Sequence record: NC_104726.1
Source of the DNA: a phage
Reading direction: 5' to 3' (one strand)
Length of the DNA stretch: 64,000 nucleotides
The translations under genes were made by a program, and so were the position numbers. A model generated the notes under the pieces. It worked only from the letters and a program-made list of their open reading frames with translations. It had not been told where the DNA came from and searched no databases. Below, piece after piece: positions 45,077-55,337 of the stretch. The first letter of the stretch is position 1; each line of letters opens with the position of its first letter.

Positions 45077-46066
45077 TTGACGATGATGACAAAGTTAACT
45101 CTTGAGCAAATTTTAACACTAAAGCAACAGGGATACACTAATAGACAAATTGCTCGTGAATTTTTAGGCCGTGAGTCACGTGAGAGCTGGATCCGACTAC
45201 AGCTTAAACGTGCACAAGAGAATATGTCAGAGATTGTAGGAGAAGCAACGGAGCGCTTCCTTGAAGAGCACAAAGGCGCTAAAGTTTGGGTGTATGATAC
45301 AGAGACATCCCCAACAAACGGCTGGTTCTTTGGGCACTATAAGACCAACATTCAAACCTGTGGTATTGAAGTTATGCCTTATATGCTAACTTTCGCAGGT
45401 AAGTGGTTAGACAGTCCTAGTGTGGTTGACTGCGCTCTTCCCGATTACAAAATGTGGGATGAGGATATTCACAATGACCTCGAATTGATTCAGGACTTGT
45501 GGTATTATCTGGATAAATGTGATGTCGCAGTAGCCCACAATTCAGGTTTTGACTGTGGGTGGGCAAACCAACGATTTGCATTTCACGGGTTGCCTCCAAC
45601 AAGCCCATACAAAGAGGTTGACACCCTTAAAATGATCAAGAAGGCATTCCGTTTGAATGCAAACACTTTGGAGTATGCATGCAAATACTTCCAACTTGCC
45701 AGACAGAAACTGATTGACCACACATTTGAAATGTGGATCAAGTGTGTTCATGGTGATCTTGAGGCGTTTAAACAGATGCGGGAGTACAATGTTGGTGATA
45801 TCCTATCTCTGGAAGGCCTGTATTTGCTGGCACGCCCGTTTGCTAAGCAGCACCCCAACATGTCATTGTACTACCAGGATGAGGAGCCAAAAGTTCGTTG
45901 CCCACGCTGCGGTGGAGAACACCTTCACGAGGAAGAAGCTTTGGCGTATACTCAACTGAGTGCATTTAAAACATATCGCTGCGAAGGTTGTGGATCTGTT
46001 GTTCGTGACCGTAACAACATCCGTACCAGAGAAGAAATGAAAAACACCCTGATTCAGATAATCTAA
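45077..46066 (+). CDS. DEDD-type 3'-5' exonuclease with N-terminal HTH and C-terminal zinc ribbon
   Basis: 329 aa; HTH-like LKQQGYTNRQIAREF; Exo I VWVYDTETS, Exo II HNSGFD, Exo III YNVGDILSLEGLY; CPRCGG...CEGCG. Confidence 0.5.
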   Translation: MTMMTKLTLEQILTLKQQGYTNRQIAREFLGRESRESWIRLQLKRAQENMSEIVGEATERFLEEHKGAKVWVYDTETSPTNGWFFGHYKTNIQTCGIEVMPYMLTFAGKWLDSPSVVDCALPDYKMWDEDIHNDLELIQDLWYYLDKCDVAVAHNSGFDCGWANQRFAFHGLPPTSPYKEVDTLKMIKKAFRLNANTLEYACKYFQLARQKLIDHTFEMWIKCVHGDLEAFKQMREYNVGDILSLEGLYLLARPFAKQHPNMSLYYQDEEPKVRCPRCGGEHLHEEEALAYTQLSAFKTYRCEGCGSVVRDRNNIRTREEMKNTLIQII

Positions 46067-46075
46067 TCAAGTATA

Positions 46076-46103
46076 GGGAGGCTTGCGCCTCCCTTTTCCT
46101 TTT
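46076..46103 (+). terminator. rho-independent terminator after exonuclease gene
   Basis: hairpin GGGAGGC-TTGC-GCCTCCC followed by TTTTCCTTTT; overlaps 5' end of ORF 46083..46931. Confidence 0.55.
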
Positions 46104-46112
46104 GGAGGCACT

Positions 46113-46931
46113 TTGAGCAAGAAAGAGTCCAACGACAAATATTACACAAACCCTGAGTATGCAGAATATCTTGTTGGTAAAGTAAAAGATAAGTATGGAA
46201 ATTGTGCATACGTTGAGCCTTCTGCTGGAAGGGGTTCTTTTTCAAAACTATTTTCAGAGATACTGTCTTACGATCTAGTACCAGATCCTGAATTTGAAGG
46301 ACCAACACCGTGCATTCAGGCAAACTTCTTGGAGGTGCATCCCAAGGCAGATGTCTTCATAGGTAACCCACCATTTGGCAAGAATTCATCTTTAGCTTGC
46401 AAATTCTTTAACCATTGTGCATCATTGCTAGAGCTTGGAGGGGCTATAGCCTTCATCTTGCCACGGACATTTGAAAAAATATTTTTTGCAAACAAACTGG
46501 ACATGTCGATGCACCTTGTCTACAGTGAAAGGTGCCCTAAGAACTCGTTTCTACTTAATGGCAAACCTTATGACGTGCCGTGTGTTTTCCAAATTTGGGA
46601 GAAAAAGGCGTGCAACAGGGATCCTGTAGAGATTGGGGAGAATAAGTTATTTTCTTTTAGCACTCCAGATGACTACGACTTCTGTGTAAGACGTGTTGGG
46701 TATAATGCTGGAAAAGTATTGGGGGAGGATGACCCAAAATCTGAAGAATCTACATATTTCATAAAATCTTTAGTTGACGGTGTTGACAGAGTGTTTGCTG
46801 AATGCTATTCTTCTTTTCAAGAAGAAGCAGGTAAGACTGCTGGAATGAAGAGTATAGGCAAGAAAGAACTACAATACATTTTGGAGACCCGGTATGATCA
46901 AAAGCATAGACTTGACCAAAGAACTTACTGA
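46113..46931 (+). CDS. N6-adenine DNA methyltransferase (NPPF motif)
   Basis: motif I EPSAGRGSF, motif IV FIGNPPFG; start moved to in-frame TTG at 46113 because upstream part is a terminator hairpin. Confidence 0.6.
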   Translation: MSKKESNDKYYTNPEYAEYLVGKVKDKYGNCAYVEPSAGRGSFSKLFSEILSYDLVPDPEFEGPTPCIQANFLEVHPKADVFIGNPPFGKNSSLACKFFNHCASLLELGGAIAFILPRTFEKIFFANKLDMSMHLVYSERCPKNSFLLNGKPYDVPCVFQIWEKKACNRDPVEIGENKLFSFSTPDDYDFCVRRVGYNAGKVLGEDDPKSEESTYFIKSLVDGVDRVFAECYSSFQEEAGKTAGMKSIGKKELQYILETRYDQKHRLDQRTY

Positions 46932-47352
46932 TGCAAAAGCTTTTGGTGAGACAGCGGTACAAAGAGGCCAGGCTATGGGACTGGCACTACCTTTCGTCTT
47001 AAAAGAGCACTTTACAGATTTTCAACTTATCAAGGGTGATAAGGGAATTCTTATCCTGGAGCATAAGTTGAGTAAGAAACGCTATAAAGTTGTTTTTAAT
47101 TCTAAAGCTCCAACAAAACTGGGATTCAGAACTTACAATCTTAACCCATCCTACACTAAGGGTGTAGGAAGAGTAGAACAACAGCATTTCAGTGCCAGAG
47201 CTTCTTTAGCCCCTTTGATGCTAAATTTTTCAGGGGTGGCTTTAGGATACCTTGACAAGAAAAGAGTTCTTCATGTCCGTTTCACAGACTTTGTAACGCT
47301 TTTAGCTAACAATGAGGTAGATGAAAAGGGACGTGTAAAAACAAACTTCTAA
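46894..47352 (+). CDS. hypothetical protein
   Basis: 152-aa ORF. Confidence 0.35.
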   Translation: MIKSIDLTKELTDAKAFGETAVQRGQAMGLALPFVLKEHFTDFQLIKGDKGILILEHKLSKKRYKVVFNSKAPTKLGFRTYNLNPSYTKGVGRVEQQHFSARASLAPLMLNFSGVALGYLDKKRVLHVRFTDFVTLLANNEVDEKGRVKTNF

Positions 47353-47367
47353 TAACGCATAGTATGA

Positions 47368-47571
47368 TTGGAGACAGCAATGACACTAAAGTTAACAGTT
47401 CCAGACAGCTTTTCAGAAAACTTTATCCCAGAAATGATGGATAAGATGCGATCATTGCTTGATCAGATTGAAGAGGCTGTTTGGGAAGACGATGCTGTAG
47501 TGGCTAACGAGCTGGTAGATAAGTGTAAAAGTATTATTGATGCAGTTGAAGAATACCACGGAGGTTTTTGA
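47368..47571 (+). CDS. hypothetical protein
   Basis: 67-aa acidic ORF. Confidence 0.3.
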   Translation: METAMTLKLTVPDSFSENFIPEMMDKMRSLLDQIEEAVWEDDAVVANELVDKCKSIIDAVEEYHGGF

Positions 47572-48185
47572 TGGATATTATTGTTCTTAACGCCCCACCT
47601 AGTAGTGGTAAGGATCACATTGCAGATCTCTTGTTGGAAGCTATTCCTAACTCACACCATCATGAGGTTAAGGAGATGCTCTTCAGCGTGGCAATTAAGG
47701 CAGCTGGTGTAACTCCTCAACTCTGGAATGCACTTTATGACCGCCACTACAAAGAAGAGCCTTGCCCTTTCTTAATGATAGACGGTAAGCATGTTTCTCC
47801 GCGAGAGTGGATGATCCATTGTAGTGAAAATCTGATTAAACCTATCTTTGGTGAAGATGCTTTCGGTAAGGCCGCAGTCACATCCTTGAAGAAAGATTTC
47901 CCTAAAGGTAAAGGGGTTGTTGTTTACTCCGATGGTGGATTCAAAGAGGAGCTGGCATGCCTTAGTGAGTACGCATACAGCACAGGTGGAGATCTGTTGT
48001 TGTTCCGTATTCACCGTGTCGGATATGACTGGGGAAATGATTCCAGAACCTATCTAAGTCTGGAAAAGAACGGAATAAAAGGGATTGAGTTCGATGTTGT
48101 AAACCCTGAAGGTGCACCTTGGGAGTGTGCATCGGAGATTGTGTGCAAGTATATTGATGCTAAAGAGGCCCAAGAAGAATGTTAA
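47568..48185 (+). CDS. deoxynucleoside monophosphate kinase (T4 gp1-like)
   Basis: 205 aa; N-terminal IIVLNAPPSSGKDHIADLLLEA parallels T4 gp1 LIFLSGVKRSGKDTTADFIMSN. Confidence 0.5.
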   Translation: MMDIIVLNAPPSSGKDHIADLLLEAIPNSHHHEVKEMLFSVAIKAAGVTPQLWNALYDRHYKEEPCPFLMIDGKHVSPREWMIHCSENLIKPIFGEDAFGKAAVTSLKKDFPKGKGVVVYSDGGFKEELACLSEYAYSTGGDLLLFRIHRVGYDWGNDSRTYLSLEKNGIKGIEFDVVNPEGAPWECASEIVCKYIDAKEAQEEC

Positions 48186-48772
48186 TCGGAATTGATGTAG
48201 ATTTGACACTGGTAGATTCAGGAACAGCATGGTGGGAGTGGTTGGAGCGTTTGTATGGTCCAGCCAGTAAGACAGTCGCTAAACCTTCTAATGGACTGAT
48301 GTATTACGATCTGTCAAAGTATTGGCCTGATCGCCCCAAAGAAAACATCATAGGGCCTTTTGATTTCTGGAGTGACCCATTCCTCTACGACTTTCTTAAG
48401 CCTGAAGAGGGGGCTATTGAGGTTATGAAAGATTTGGTGGCTCGTGGTCACAAGCTTGCATTTATCTCGGTATGCAAGAAAGGTCACCTTGCATCTAAAT
48501 CAAGGTTCTTAAAGCGTTGGACCAGTGATTTTATGGATCTGGACGATCACACCCAGGGTCACGGCTTCTACGCCACACATTTCAAAGGAAATGTGGCTGT
48601 AGATGTTATAATTGACGACAGGCATGAATACCTCAACCAATTCGCTTCACGACCTGAAGTTATTAAAATCCTAAAAGATACGCCTTATGAGCAATTCGAG
48701 GAGTTAAAGGTCAGTATTGACTATACCGCCAATAGCTGGTATAAAATAGGAAAGTTTTTAGAAGGTATTTGA
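48179..48772 (+). CDS. HAD-superfamily 5'(3')-deoxyribonucleotidase-like phosphatase
   Basis: 197 aa; DxDxT motif IGIDVDLTL; later DVIIDDR. Confidence 0.5.
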   Translation: MLIGIDVDLTLVDSGTAWWEWLERLYGPASKTVAKPSNGLMYYDLSKYWPDRPKENIIGPFDFWSDPFLYDFLKPEEGAIEVMKDLVARGHKLAFISVCKKGHLASKSRFLKRWTSDFMDLDDHTQGHGFYATHFKGNVAVDVIIDDRHEYLNQFASRPEVIKILKDTPYEQFEELKVSIDYTANSWYKIGKFLEGI

Positions 48773-48773
48773 A

Positions 48774-48974
48774 ATGGGCAGATGTTCTAAAGGTGGCGAT
48801 CCTGTAGTCAGATACGGAGACTGGCTAGAGGTATATAATCTGGAGGGAAAGCTAGTGTATGCTTCCAGGATCACCCAGGATATGTGCTCTGATATGTTTA
48901 ACAGGTACCTTGCATTTAAGGCCAACATAAACCCAGACGAAATTTCCAAAATTAAAACAAGGAGAGCTAAATAA
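48774..48974 (+). CDS. hypothetical protein
   Basis: 66-aa ORF. Confidence 0.3.
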   Translation: MGRCSKGGDPVVRYGDWLEVYNLEGKLVYASRITQDMCSDMFNRYLAFKANINPDEISKIKTRRAK

Positions 48975-49957
48975 TGCTAAAACTGTGCACTGCAAAGATT
49001 ATTGCTGACAGCATTTCCGAGAAAGGTAAGCGTATAACCACTTTTGAGCTAGAGTATCCTAGAATCATTCACTCTGAACTCATGACACACCGAGTTTTCA
49101 GCAGAAACGCCATGTCCTCTCGTGCAGTACCTGTTAACAAAATGCTGCAGCAGGTTGTGGAAAATCCTGCAATGCCAGTTCGTTTTGGTGTAAACCAGCG
49201 AGGTATGGAGGATGGTGGCGATCACGATCAGAAGATCCGTGTAGAGTATACTGATCTTGAGTTCTCTCCTGAAGAGTTCTGGAAAGAAGCTGCCAAAAAT
49301 GCAGCCTGGCATGCAGAGAAGTTCGCACTTGCTGGTTACCATAAGCAAGTGTGTAACCGCTTAGTGGAGCCTTTTCAACGCATGAAAACAGTTGTAACAA
49401 GCACAGAGTGGAATAATTTTTTCCATCTCCGTTGCTGGCACGATGCGGATCCTACGATTCAGATGTTGGCTAATTGTATGTGGGAAGCTCTTGTGAATAG
49501 CACTCCTGAAATCCTTAAACCAGGGCAATGGCACACTCCATATGTAGAGCACGTTTATTTGGACGGAGAGTTTAACTACGCTGTACTTGACACAGAAGGA
49601 AAGCTCTGCATTCTCGATACTAAAGAAGCTCTGTCTATCAGTGCTAGTTGCTGTGCACAAGTATCTTATCGAAATATTGACAGCACGTTTGAAAAGGCAG
49701 ACAGTGTGGCTAAAAAATTGATTGGTGGGGATCGTATCCATGCAAGCCCTTACGAGCACCAGGCAACACCTATGGATCACGATAACGCAATGGAACGTTT
49801 AAACTACTACCTGTCTTCATGTGAAATCACACAAGACAGCTGTGTTTGGCAGGAAGGTGTAACCCATCAAGACCGTGATGGTAAATTCTGGTCTGCCAAC
49901 TTTTGTGGGTGGGTTCAGCACAGACAACTGCTTAATAACCACTTCGTGAAATGTTAA
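48974..49957 (+). CDS. thyX: flavin-dependent thymidylate synthase ThyX
   Basis: 327 aa; ThyX signature RHRVFSRNAMSSR. Confidence 0.7.
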   Translation: MLKLCTAKIIADSISEKGKRITTFELEYPRIIHSELMTHRVFSRNAMSSRAVPVNKMLQQVVENPAMPVRFGVNQRGMEDGGDHDQKIRVEYTDLEFSPEEFWKEAAKNAAWHAEKFALAGYHKQVCNRLVEPFQRMKTVVTSTEWNNFFHLRCWHDADPTIQMLANCMWEALVNSTPEILKPGQWHTPYVEHVYLDGEFNYAVLDTEGKLCILDTKEALSISASCCAQVSYRNIDSTFEKADSVAKKLIGGDRIHASPYEHQATPMDHDNAMERLNYYLSSCEITQDSCVWQEGVTHQDRDGKFWSANFCGWVQHRQLLNNHFVKC

Positions 49958-49986
49958 TCCTATCACAGCGATAGGTAACTTTTGTG

Positions 49987-50015
49987 TTGACTAATAGTAT
50001 CAGATAATCTATAAT
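49987..50015 (+). promoter_or_regulatory. sigma70-like promoter
   Basis: TTGACT-17 nt-TATAAT; preceded by palindrome CCTATCACAGCGATAGG. Confidence 0.55.
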
Positions 50016-50055
50016 AATGGCTCACTTTGTTGGTGAGCCAGAAATGGAGACAGAT

Positions 50056-50517
50056 ATGAGTAATGTTATGATTCCTAAAAAGACATTTATTTCAGTTACT
50101 TTAGATTTCCTAGCTACCGTCCCTGGGTTTAACGTTCGCACACGAAACGGTCTCCGAGCTGCACTCTTTGCCGTAGGGTTTGATTTAAAAAGTATTGATG
50201 TTCTTCGTGGAAAAAACGTTCGATGCAAAAATAAGCCAACACATTATCGAAAGGCAGATGTATTTGCTGGTGTTATGCGTGCAGACTTTAGATACCCGCA
50301 AATGTATAACGGTGTAGATATTTTAGATGTGGATAAAGCACCTGGTGAGGCAATGCTTGTTCAAGATCTCCCGTATGATATCCCAGTAGAGGATCGTGTT
50401 AATGTAAGAAAGTATACAAAACAATCTGAAAAGGCTGAAGATATTCATATTGTTGATGAACCTTTCAATTTTGAAGATCTGCATCGCCTGGAAAAATTAT
50501 TCGGTATTGAAAGCTAA
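50056..50517 (+). CDS. hypothetical protein
   Basis: ORF 50017..50517 trimmed to Met at 50056 (GGAGA RBS) because upstream Met lies inside predicted promoter. Confidence 0.35.
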   Translation: MSNVMIPKKTFISVTLDFLATVPGFNVRTRNGLRAALFAVGFDLKSIDVLRGKNVRCKNKPTHYRKADVFAGVMRADFRYPQMYNGVDILDVDKAPGEAMLVQDLPYDIPVEDRVNVRKYTKQSEKAEDIHIVDEPFNFEDLHRLEKLFGIES

Positions 50518-50527
50518 GGTGGTGAAG

Positions 50528-50758
50528 ATGAGTCATAACTCCAAGTGGAAGGATCTTGGTTTTGCAAGTCGGGCAGAATATGTTGGTTGGCTTTGGTTCA
50601 ACGGCCTGACAAACGATATTAAAATGTATGATGATGTTTATTATGACGAGTATACAGGCAAAATTATAAATATCTCTGTAGAAGAGGATACCTTTATCCA
50701 GCAAGATACTGATACCTGCCTTGATAAATACGTTAATGAAGTGGAGGAAGCAAATTGA
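50528..50758 (+). CDS. hypothetical protein
   Basis: ORF 50450..50758 trimmed to Met at 50528 (AAGGTGG RBS). Confidence 0.3.
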   Translation: MSHNSKWKDLGFASRAEYVGWLWFNGLTNDIKMYDDVYYDEYTGKIINISVEEDTFIQQDTDTCLDKYVNEVEEAN

Positions 50759-53070
50759 TCACCAAGGTAATTAAAAGCAACGGATGTGAAGTGGCATTCG
50801 ATCCAGAACGTTTAAATAAGGCAGCTATTTTCGGTGACGACGGTAACGGCAATTGGTCACATATTGCACTGGATGCATACAAACGACTGTATGATGGATG
50901 CACAACCAAAGAAGTTAACCAAGCTATTATAGACTCCTGTGTTAGCCGTAAAGACGAAGCACATTCCCGTATGGCTGGTCGTGTTCTTATTGGTCAGATT
51001 TATAAAGAGGCTTTTGGAGGGTTTACAAAGATCCCTTCCTTACCATCATTTTACAACGACATGGTTGAGAAAGGGTATTGGGAGGATATGGGTTATAGCT
51101 TTACCGAGTTAAACACTTTAGGCACTGTTATTGATCACAGTAAAGATCTCGGTTATGGCTATGCAGTCCTTAAACAGTTTCGCGACAAATACGGGATCAA
51201 GGATACTCTTAAAGACACCTTGTTTGAATCTCCTCAGATGATGTTTATGGGGATAGCAATGGCTGTCATGAAGAATATGCCGAAAGAACGTCGTATCAAC
51301 GATGTTGTAAAATTATACACTTATCTGTCCGACTTAAAGATCAATGCCCCGACACCGTACTTAAACGGTCTGCGCACAGGTAAGACAGGGTATGCATCTT
51401 GTTGTGTAATAAAAGCTGACGATACAGCAAAATCTATTGGTGTGGCACGTGAAGTTGCGTACACAATGACGGTTAACCAAGCAGGTATCGGCTACTACTT
51501 ATCCTCAAGATCTGCAGGCGATGGTGTTCGTGGTAACACTATTAAACATATGGGTAAGATTCCATATTATCGAGGTATTGATGCTGGGGTTAAGGAGAAC
51601 AGACAACAATCACGTGGTGGTTCTGCAACAGTATCATTCCTTGCACTGGACCCGCAGATTGATGAGCTAATCCGTTTGAGAAACCCTATGACTGTTGCTT
51701 CAAAAAGAATCAACACCATGGACTACTCCATCGGTATTAATAGGTCGTTTATCAACCGTGTGGCTAAGAATTTGGATTGGATGCTTGTTTCTTATAAGCA
51801 CGCGCCTCAACTGCATGAGGGTATCTTCACCATGTCTATGGAGGAGTTTGATGCAGAGGTTGATCGTATCGCTAAAGATGACAGTATTCCTAAAACATGG
51901 ATCCGAGCTAGAGATCTTGCTGTTGAGCTGATCACGCAGCGTACCGAGGTGGGAAGACTGTACGTATACTGGACAGATGAGATGAATAGACATACACCTT
52001 TTAAAGATGTGATCTATTCAAGTAACCTGTGTGCAGAAATAGCTCTCCCGACAAAAGGCTATTCAGATATGCGTAATATCTTCAAGCACGATGTTGATGA
52101 TGGCGAAGTTGCATTGTGCTTCCTGTCATCTCTTGTAGCTGGGAGGGTTACCCCAGAGGAGTATGAGGATGTTGCATACTACACGGTGCTTATGATTGAC
52201 AATGTTATGGAAATCATGACATATCCGTATGAAAATATGGAGAGCACTGTTAAAAAACGCAGATCCATCGGGGTTGGCCTTACCAATGTTGCACATTTTA
52301 TTGCCAGCCACAAGGTTACTTACGGATCTCCTGAAAGTAAACAGCTTGTTCACGATCTTGCAGAACTTCACAGCTACAGCTTGCATAAGGCAAGTTTACG
52401 GTTGGCAAAAGAGCGTGGTGTCTGCGAGTGGATGCATAAGACAAAATATCCAGAAGGTTGGTTACCAATCGACACCTATAACAAAGAGGTCGATAGCGTG
52501 GTGAAAGATCCTTCTCTTAAACAGGATTGGGAAGGGTTACGTAAAGAGATCATTGAAAATGGTGGGCTACGTAATAGCGTTCTTGAAGCATATATGCCTA
52601 ATGAAAGCTCTTCGCTGGCAACAAACACCACTAACGGGGTTTATCCTGTCCGTGAGCACATTATCTTTAAAAAGTCGCCACAAGGGCAGGTGCTGTTTAT
52701 CGTTCCTGACTATGATGAGTTGAAAGAGTATTACACTTCGGCTTGGGATGTTGATACTAACGACATGATCGATATGTATGCTGTGATTCAAAAATTCACA
52801 GGTCAGGCAATCAGCGCGGATTTGTACATAGACTACACCAAGTTGAAAGATGGTAAAATTTCAATGAAGGAGCAGCTAGGGTACCTTATCCGTGCCACTA
52901 AATTCGGAATGAAGACATGGTATTATTTAAACTCTAGGGTTGGTGCTGGCGACTCCTTGGCAGAGGAACTTCATGCCAAGAAACAGGCTGAAGATGAAAC
53001 CAGAAAGAACTATCCTTTGAATGCAGATAGTTCAGTTGAAGATCAGTATTGCGAAAGTTGTGCACTATAA
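50755..53070 (+). CDS. nrdA: ribonucleotide reductase class Ia large subunit
   Basis: 771 aa; N-terminal ATP-cone; active-site SNLCAEI; C-terminal CESCAL. Confidence 0.85.
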   Translation: MITKVIKSNGCEVAFDPERLNKAAIFGDDGNGNWSHIALDAYKRLYDGCTTKEVNQAIIDSCVSRKDEAHSRMAGRVLIGQIYKEAFGGFTKIPSLPSFYNDMVEKGYWEDMGYSFTELNTLGTVIDHSKDLGYGYAVLKQFRDKYGIKDTLKDTLFESPQMMFMGIAMAVMKNMPKERRINDVVKLYTYLSDLKINAPTPYLNGLRTGKTGYASCCVIKADDTAKSIGVAREVAYTMTVNQAGIGYYLSSRSAGDGVRGNTIKHMGKIPYYRGIDAGVKENRQQSRGGSATVSFLALDPQIDELIRLRNPMTVASKRINTMDYSIGINRSFINRVAKNLDWMLVSYKHAPQLHEGIFTMSMEEFDAEVDRIAKDDSIPKTWIRARDLAVELITQRTEVGRLYVYWTDEMNRHTPFKDVIYSSNLCAEIALPTKGYSDMRNIFKHDVDDGEVALCFLSSLVAGRVTPEEYEDVAYYTVLMIDNVMEIMTYPYENMESTVKKRRSIGVGLTNVAHFIASHKVTYGSPESKQLVHDLAELHSYSLHKASLRLAKERGVCEWMHKTKYPEGWLPIDTYNKEVDSVVKDPSLKQDWEGLRKEIIENGGLRNSVLEAYMPNESSSLATNTTNGVYPVREHIIFKKSPQGQVLFIVPDYDELKEYYTSAWDVDTNDMIDMYAVIQKFTGQAISADLYIDYTKLKDGKISMKEQLGYLIRATKFGMKTWYYLNSRVGAGDSLAEELHAKKQAEDETRKNYPLNADSSVEDQYCESCAL

Positions 53071-53075
53071 TTTTA

Positions 53076-53098
53076 AAGGGGCTTCGGCCCCATTTTAG
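53076..53098 (+). terminator. hairpin attenuator/terminator between nrdA and nrdB
   Basis: GGGGC-TTCG-GCCCC followed by ATTTTA. Confidence 0.4.
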
Positions 53099-53109
53099 AG
53101 GTTAGAATA

Positions 53110-54198
53110 ATGGCTGTATTTAATGCTGAGAACACCGCTCATAAAACTGGTGACTATCCGCTGTTTCTAGGACAGCAAATGGGTATGTACGACTCTATCA
53201 ACAAAAAATATCCACAACTGTTTGAACTATACAAAAAACAAAAAGAGCAAGATTGGGCAGAGGATGAAGTGGATTTGTCGCAATCTATTTCAGATTTTGT
53301 AACATGCTCAAAGTCAACTTATGACGTGATGGTGCAGACCTTGATGTGGCAATGGGAGGCTGATAGCGTTGCGGCAAGATCGATCATCTGCCTCTTTTCA
53401 CCATTCATCACTAATAGTGAGCTTTTCACTCTATTGATGAAACAGTCAGAGATTGAAGTTCTTCACGCACTAACTTACTCAGAGATTGTTAGACAATGCC
53501 TCCCCAATGCCCGTGAGATTATAGAAGAGATTCAGGAAAACCAAAACGTTCTGAGCAGATCCGGCGTTATTGTCAAATACATGCAAGAGCTTGAGGTTAT
53601 TGGTGCAAAATACCGCCTGGATCCTTCTAGTGTTGAAGAAGATATTGTGCGGAAATGCATTCTTAGAGCGCTTTTTGCACTTTTAGCCCTGGAAAGTATT
53701 GAGTTTATTGCAAGTTTTGCATGCACTTTCGCAGTAGCTGAACAGGGTATTTTTGTTCAGGTGGCGCAGCTTGTTCAAAAAATCATGCTTGACGAAATGC
53801 TACATTCGAAAGGTGATTTTGCCATCATTGATATCTTGCTTAACGATCCCGCATGGGAGAAAAGCTTCCTGGAGATAAAAGGGGAGTTAAAAGAGATTCT
53901 TGATGAAGTACGAACCAAAGAGTACGGTTGGAGTGACTATATTTTCAGCGAAGGAAGAGCGATTATAGGTCTTAACTCACCGTTGCTTAAAGAATGGGTT
54001 GACTATAACTGCTCACCGATTTATGATTACTACGACATCGACAAAGACTTTGTGCCGCCAACAAAGGACCCGCTACCGTTTATGCAGGTGTGGATGAAAC
54101 CTTCATTGCAACAGACGGCGAACCAAGAAATGTCGAACACTGACTACCGCGTCAACACAACTGTTAACGACGCTGAAGAAGAAATTTGGGAGTTTTAA
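53110..54198 (+). CDS. nrdB: ribonucleotide reductase class Ia small subunit
   Basis: 362 aa directly downstream of nrdA; helical ferritin-like composition with E/H-rich motifs. Confidence 0.75.
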   Translation: MAVFNAENTAHKTGDYPLFLGQQMGMYDSINKKYPQLFELYKKQKEQDWAEDEVDLSQSISDFVTCSKSTYDVMVQTLMWQWEADSVAARSIICLFSPFITNSELFTLLMKQSEIEVLHALTYSEIVRQCLPNAREIIEEIQENQNVLSRSGVIVKYMQELEVIGAKYRLDPSSVEEDIVRKCILRALFALLALESIEFIASFACTFAVAEQGIFVQVAQLVQKIMLDEMLHSKGDFAIIDILLNDPAWEKSFLEIKGELKEILDEVRTKEYGWSDYIFSEGRAIIGLNSPLLKEWVDYNCSPIYDYYDIDKDFVPPTKDPLPFMQVWMKPSLQQTANQEMSNTDYRVNTTVNDAEEEIWEF

Positions 54199-54201
54199 TA
54201 T

Positions 54202-54480
54202 ATGAGCTGCGAAAAATCTTTTTTCATCATCATTTACGGTAAGGATAACTGCCCACATTGTGTCAGAGCAAAAGAATTTGCAATCAGCAAAGGTCTGCCT
54301 TTTGTATATAAGACACTTGGCGAGGGCTACACAAAAGAAGAGCTTATTGAGAAGTGTAGTCCAATCGTCCCCCGAACGTTGCCGCAGATCTTCTTAGAAA
54401 GCGATCTTGACAGTATCCATATAGGCGGTGCCGACGATTTCATCTCTTTTGTTAAGAATGGTTTTGGAGAGAAAAAGTGA
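54202..54480 (+). CDS. glutaredoxin-like protein (NrdH/Grx)
   Basis: 92 aa; CPHC redox motif near N-terminus; between nrdB and nrdD. Confidence 0.65.
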   Translation: MSCEKSFFIIIYGKDNCPHCVRAKEFAISKGLPFVYKTLGEGYTKEELIEKCSPIVPRTLPQIFLESDLDSIHIGGADDFISFVKNGFGEKK

Positions 54481-55337
54481 AAGTTGTAAAACGGGACGGT
54501 AGAGAAGAGTTCTATAACGGAATTAAGGTGATCAAGGCGGCAGAGTCCGCCTTACTTGAGTCTGGACATACTGAAGAAGAAGCTTACCGGATCGCTTGTG
54601 CGGTTAATGAAGTTGTTGCTAACAATCTGCCAACCGACCAGTGCACGATCTCTGTAAAAAATATCCATATCCTTGTTGAAGATGCTCTTATGGATATGGG
54701 TTTAAAATGTGCAGCCAGAGAATACATCCAGTATAGACAGACAAGAGATAATAACAGAGAGGCAGGTGGAAAACTGCTTGCAGATATTAGTGGCTTCTTG
54801 GATCGAACTTGTGATGAATTTACAAAAGAAAACGCAAATAAGCCTACTAATCATGTACACACTCATCGCGACCTGCTTGCAGGTATTCTTAGCAAACACC
54901 TTGCATCAACACAGATCCTGCCAGACCGTGTCTCCGAAGAGCACAATAAAGGCTTCATCCATGTGCATGATCTTGACTACTTGATCAGTCCGTTAACAAA
55001 CTGTTGCTTGGTAAATTATCCAGATATGTTGGAAAACGGATTCAACATTGGTAACGCCCATGTCAGTAAGCCGAAGTCAATAGGGGTTGCAACAACAATC
55101 CTTAGCCAAATCTCTAGTGCGGTAGCTAGTGCTCAATATGGTGGTCAGACTATGAGCCATATTGATCATTATCTGGCACAGTATGCTGAAGCGACCTATG
55201 AGAAGAACCTTAAATTTTGCCAGGAACATTGGTTGCCAGATGCTGAAACTGTTGCAATGCAAATGACAGATAAAGACGTGTTTGACAGCATGCAGACGTT
55301 GCTTTATCAGATCAACACACTAACCTCGGTAAACGGT
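54477..55337 (+). CDS. nrdD: anaerobic ribonucleotide reductase, exon 1
   Basis: GTG start overlapping grx stop; ATP-cone; ...FIHVHDLDY...TNCCLVNY...; ends ...QINTLTSVNG, colinear with T4 NrdD ...VNTLFSSNG. Confidence 0.75.
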
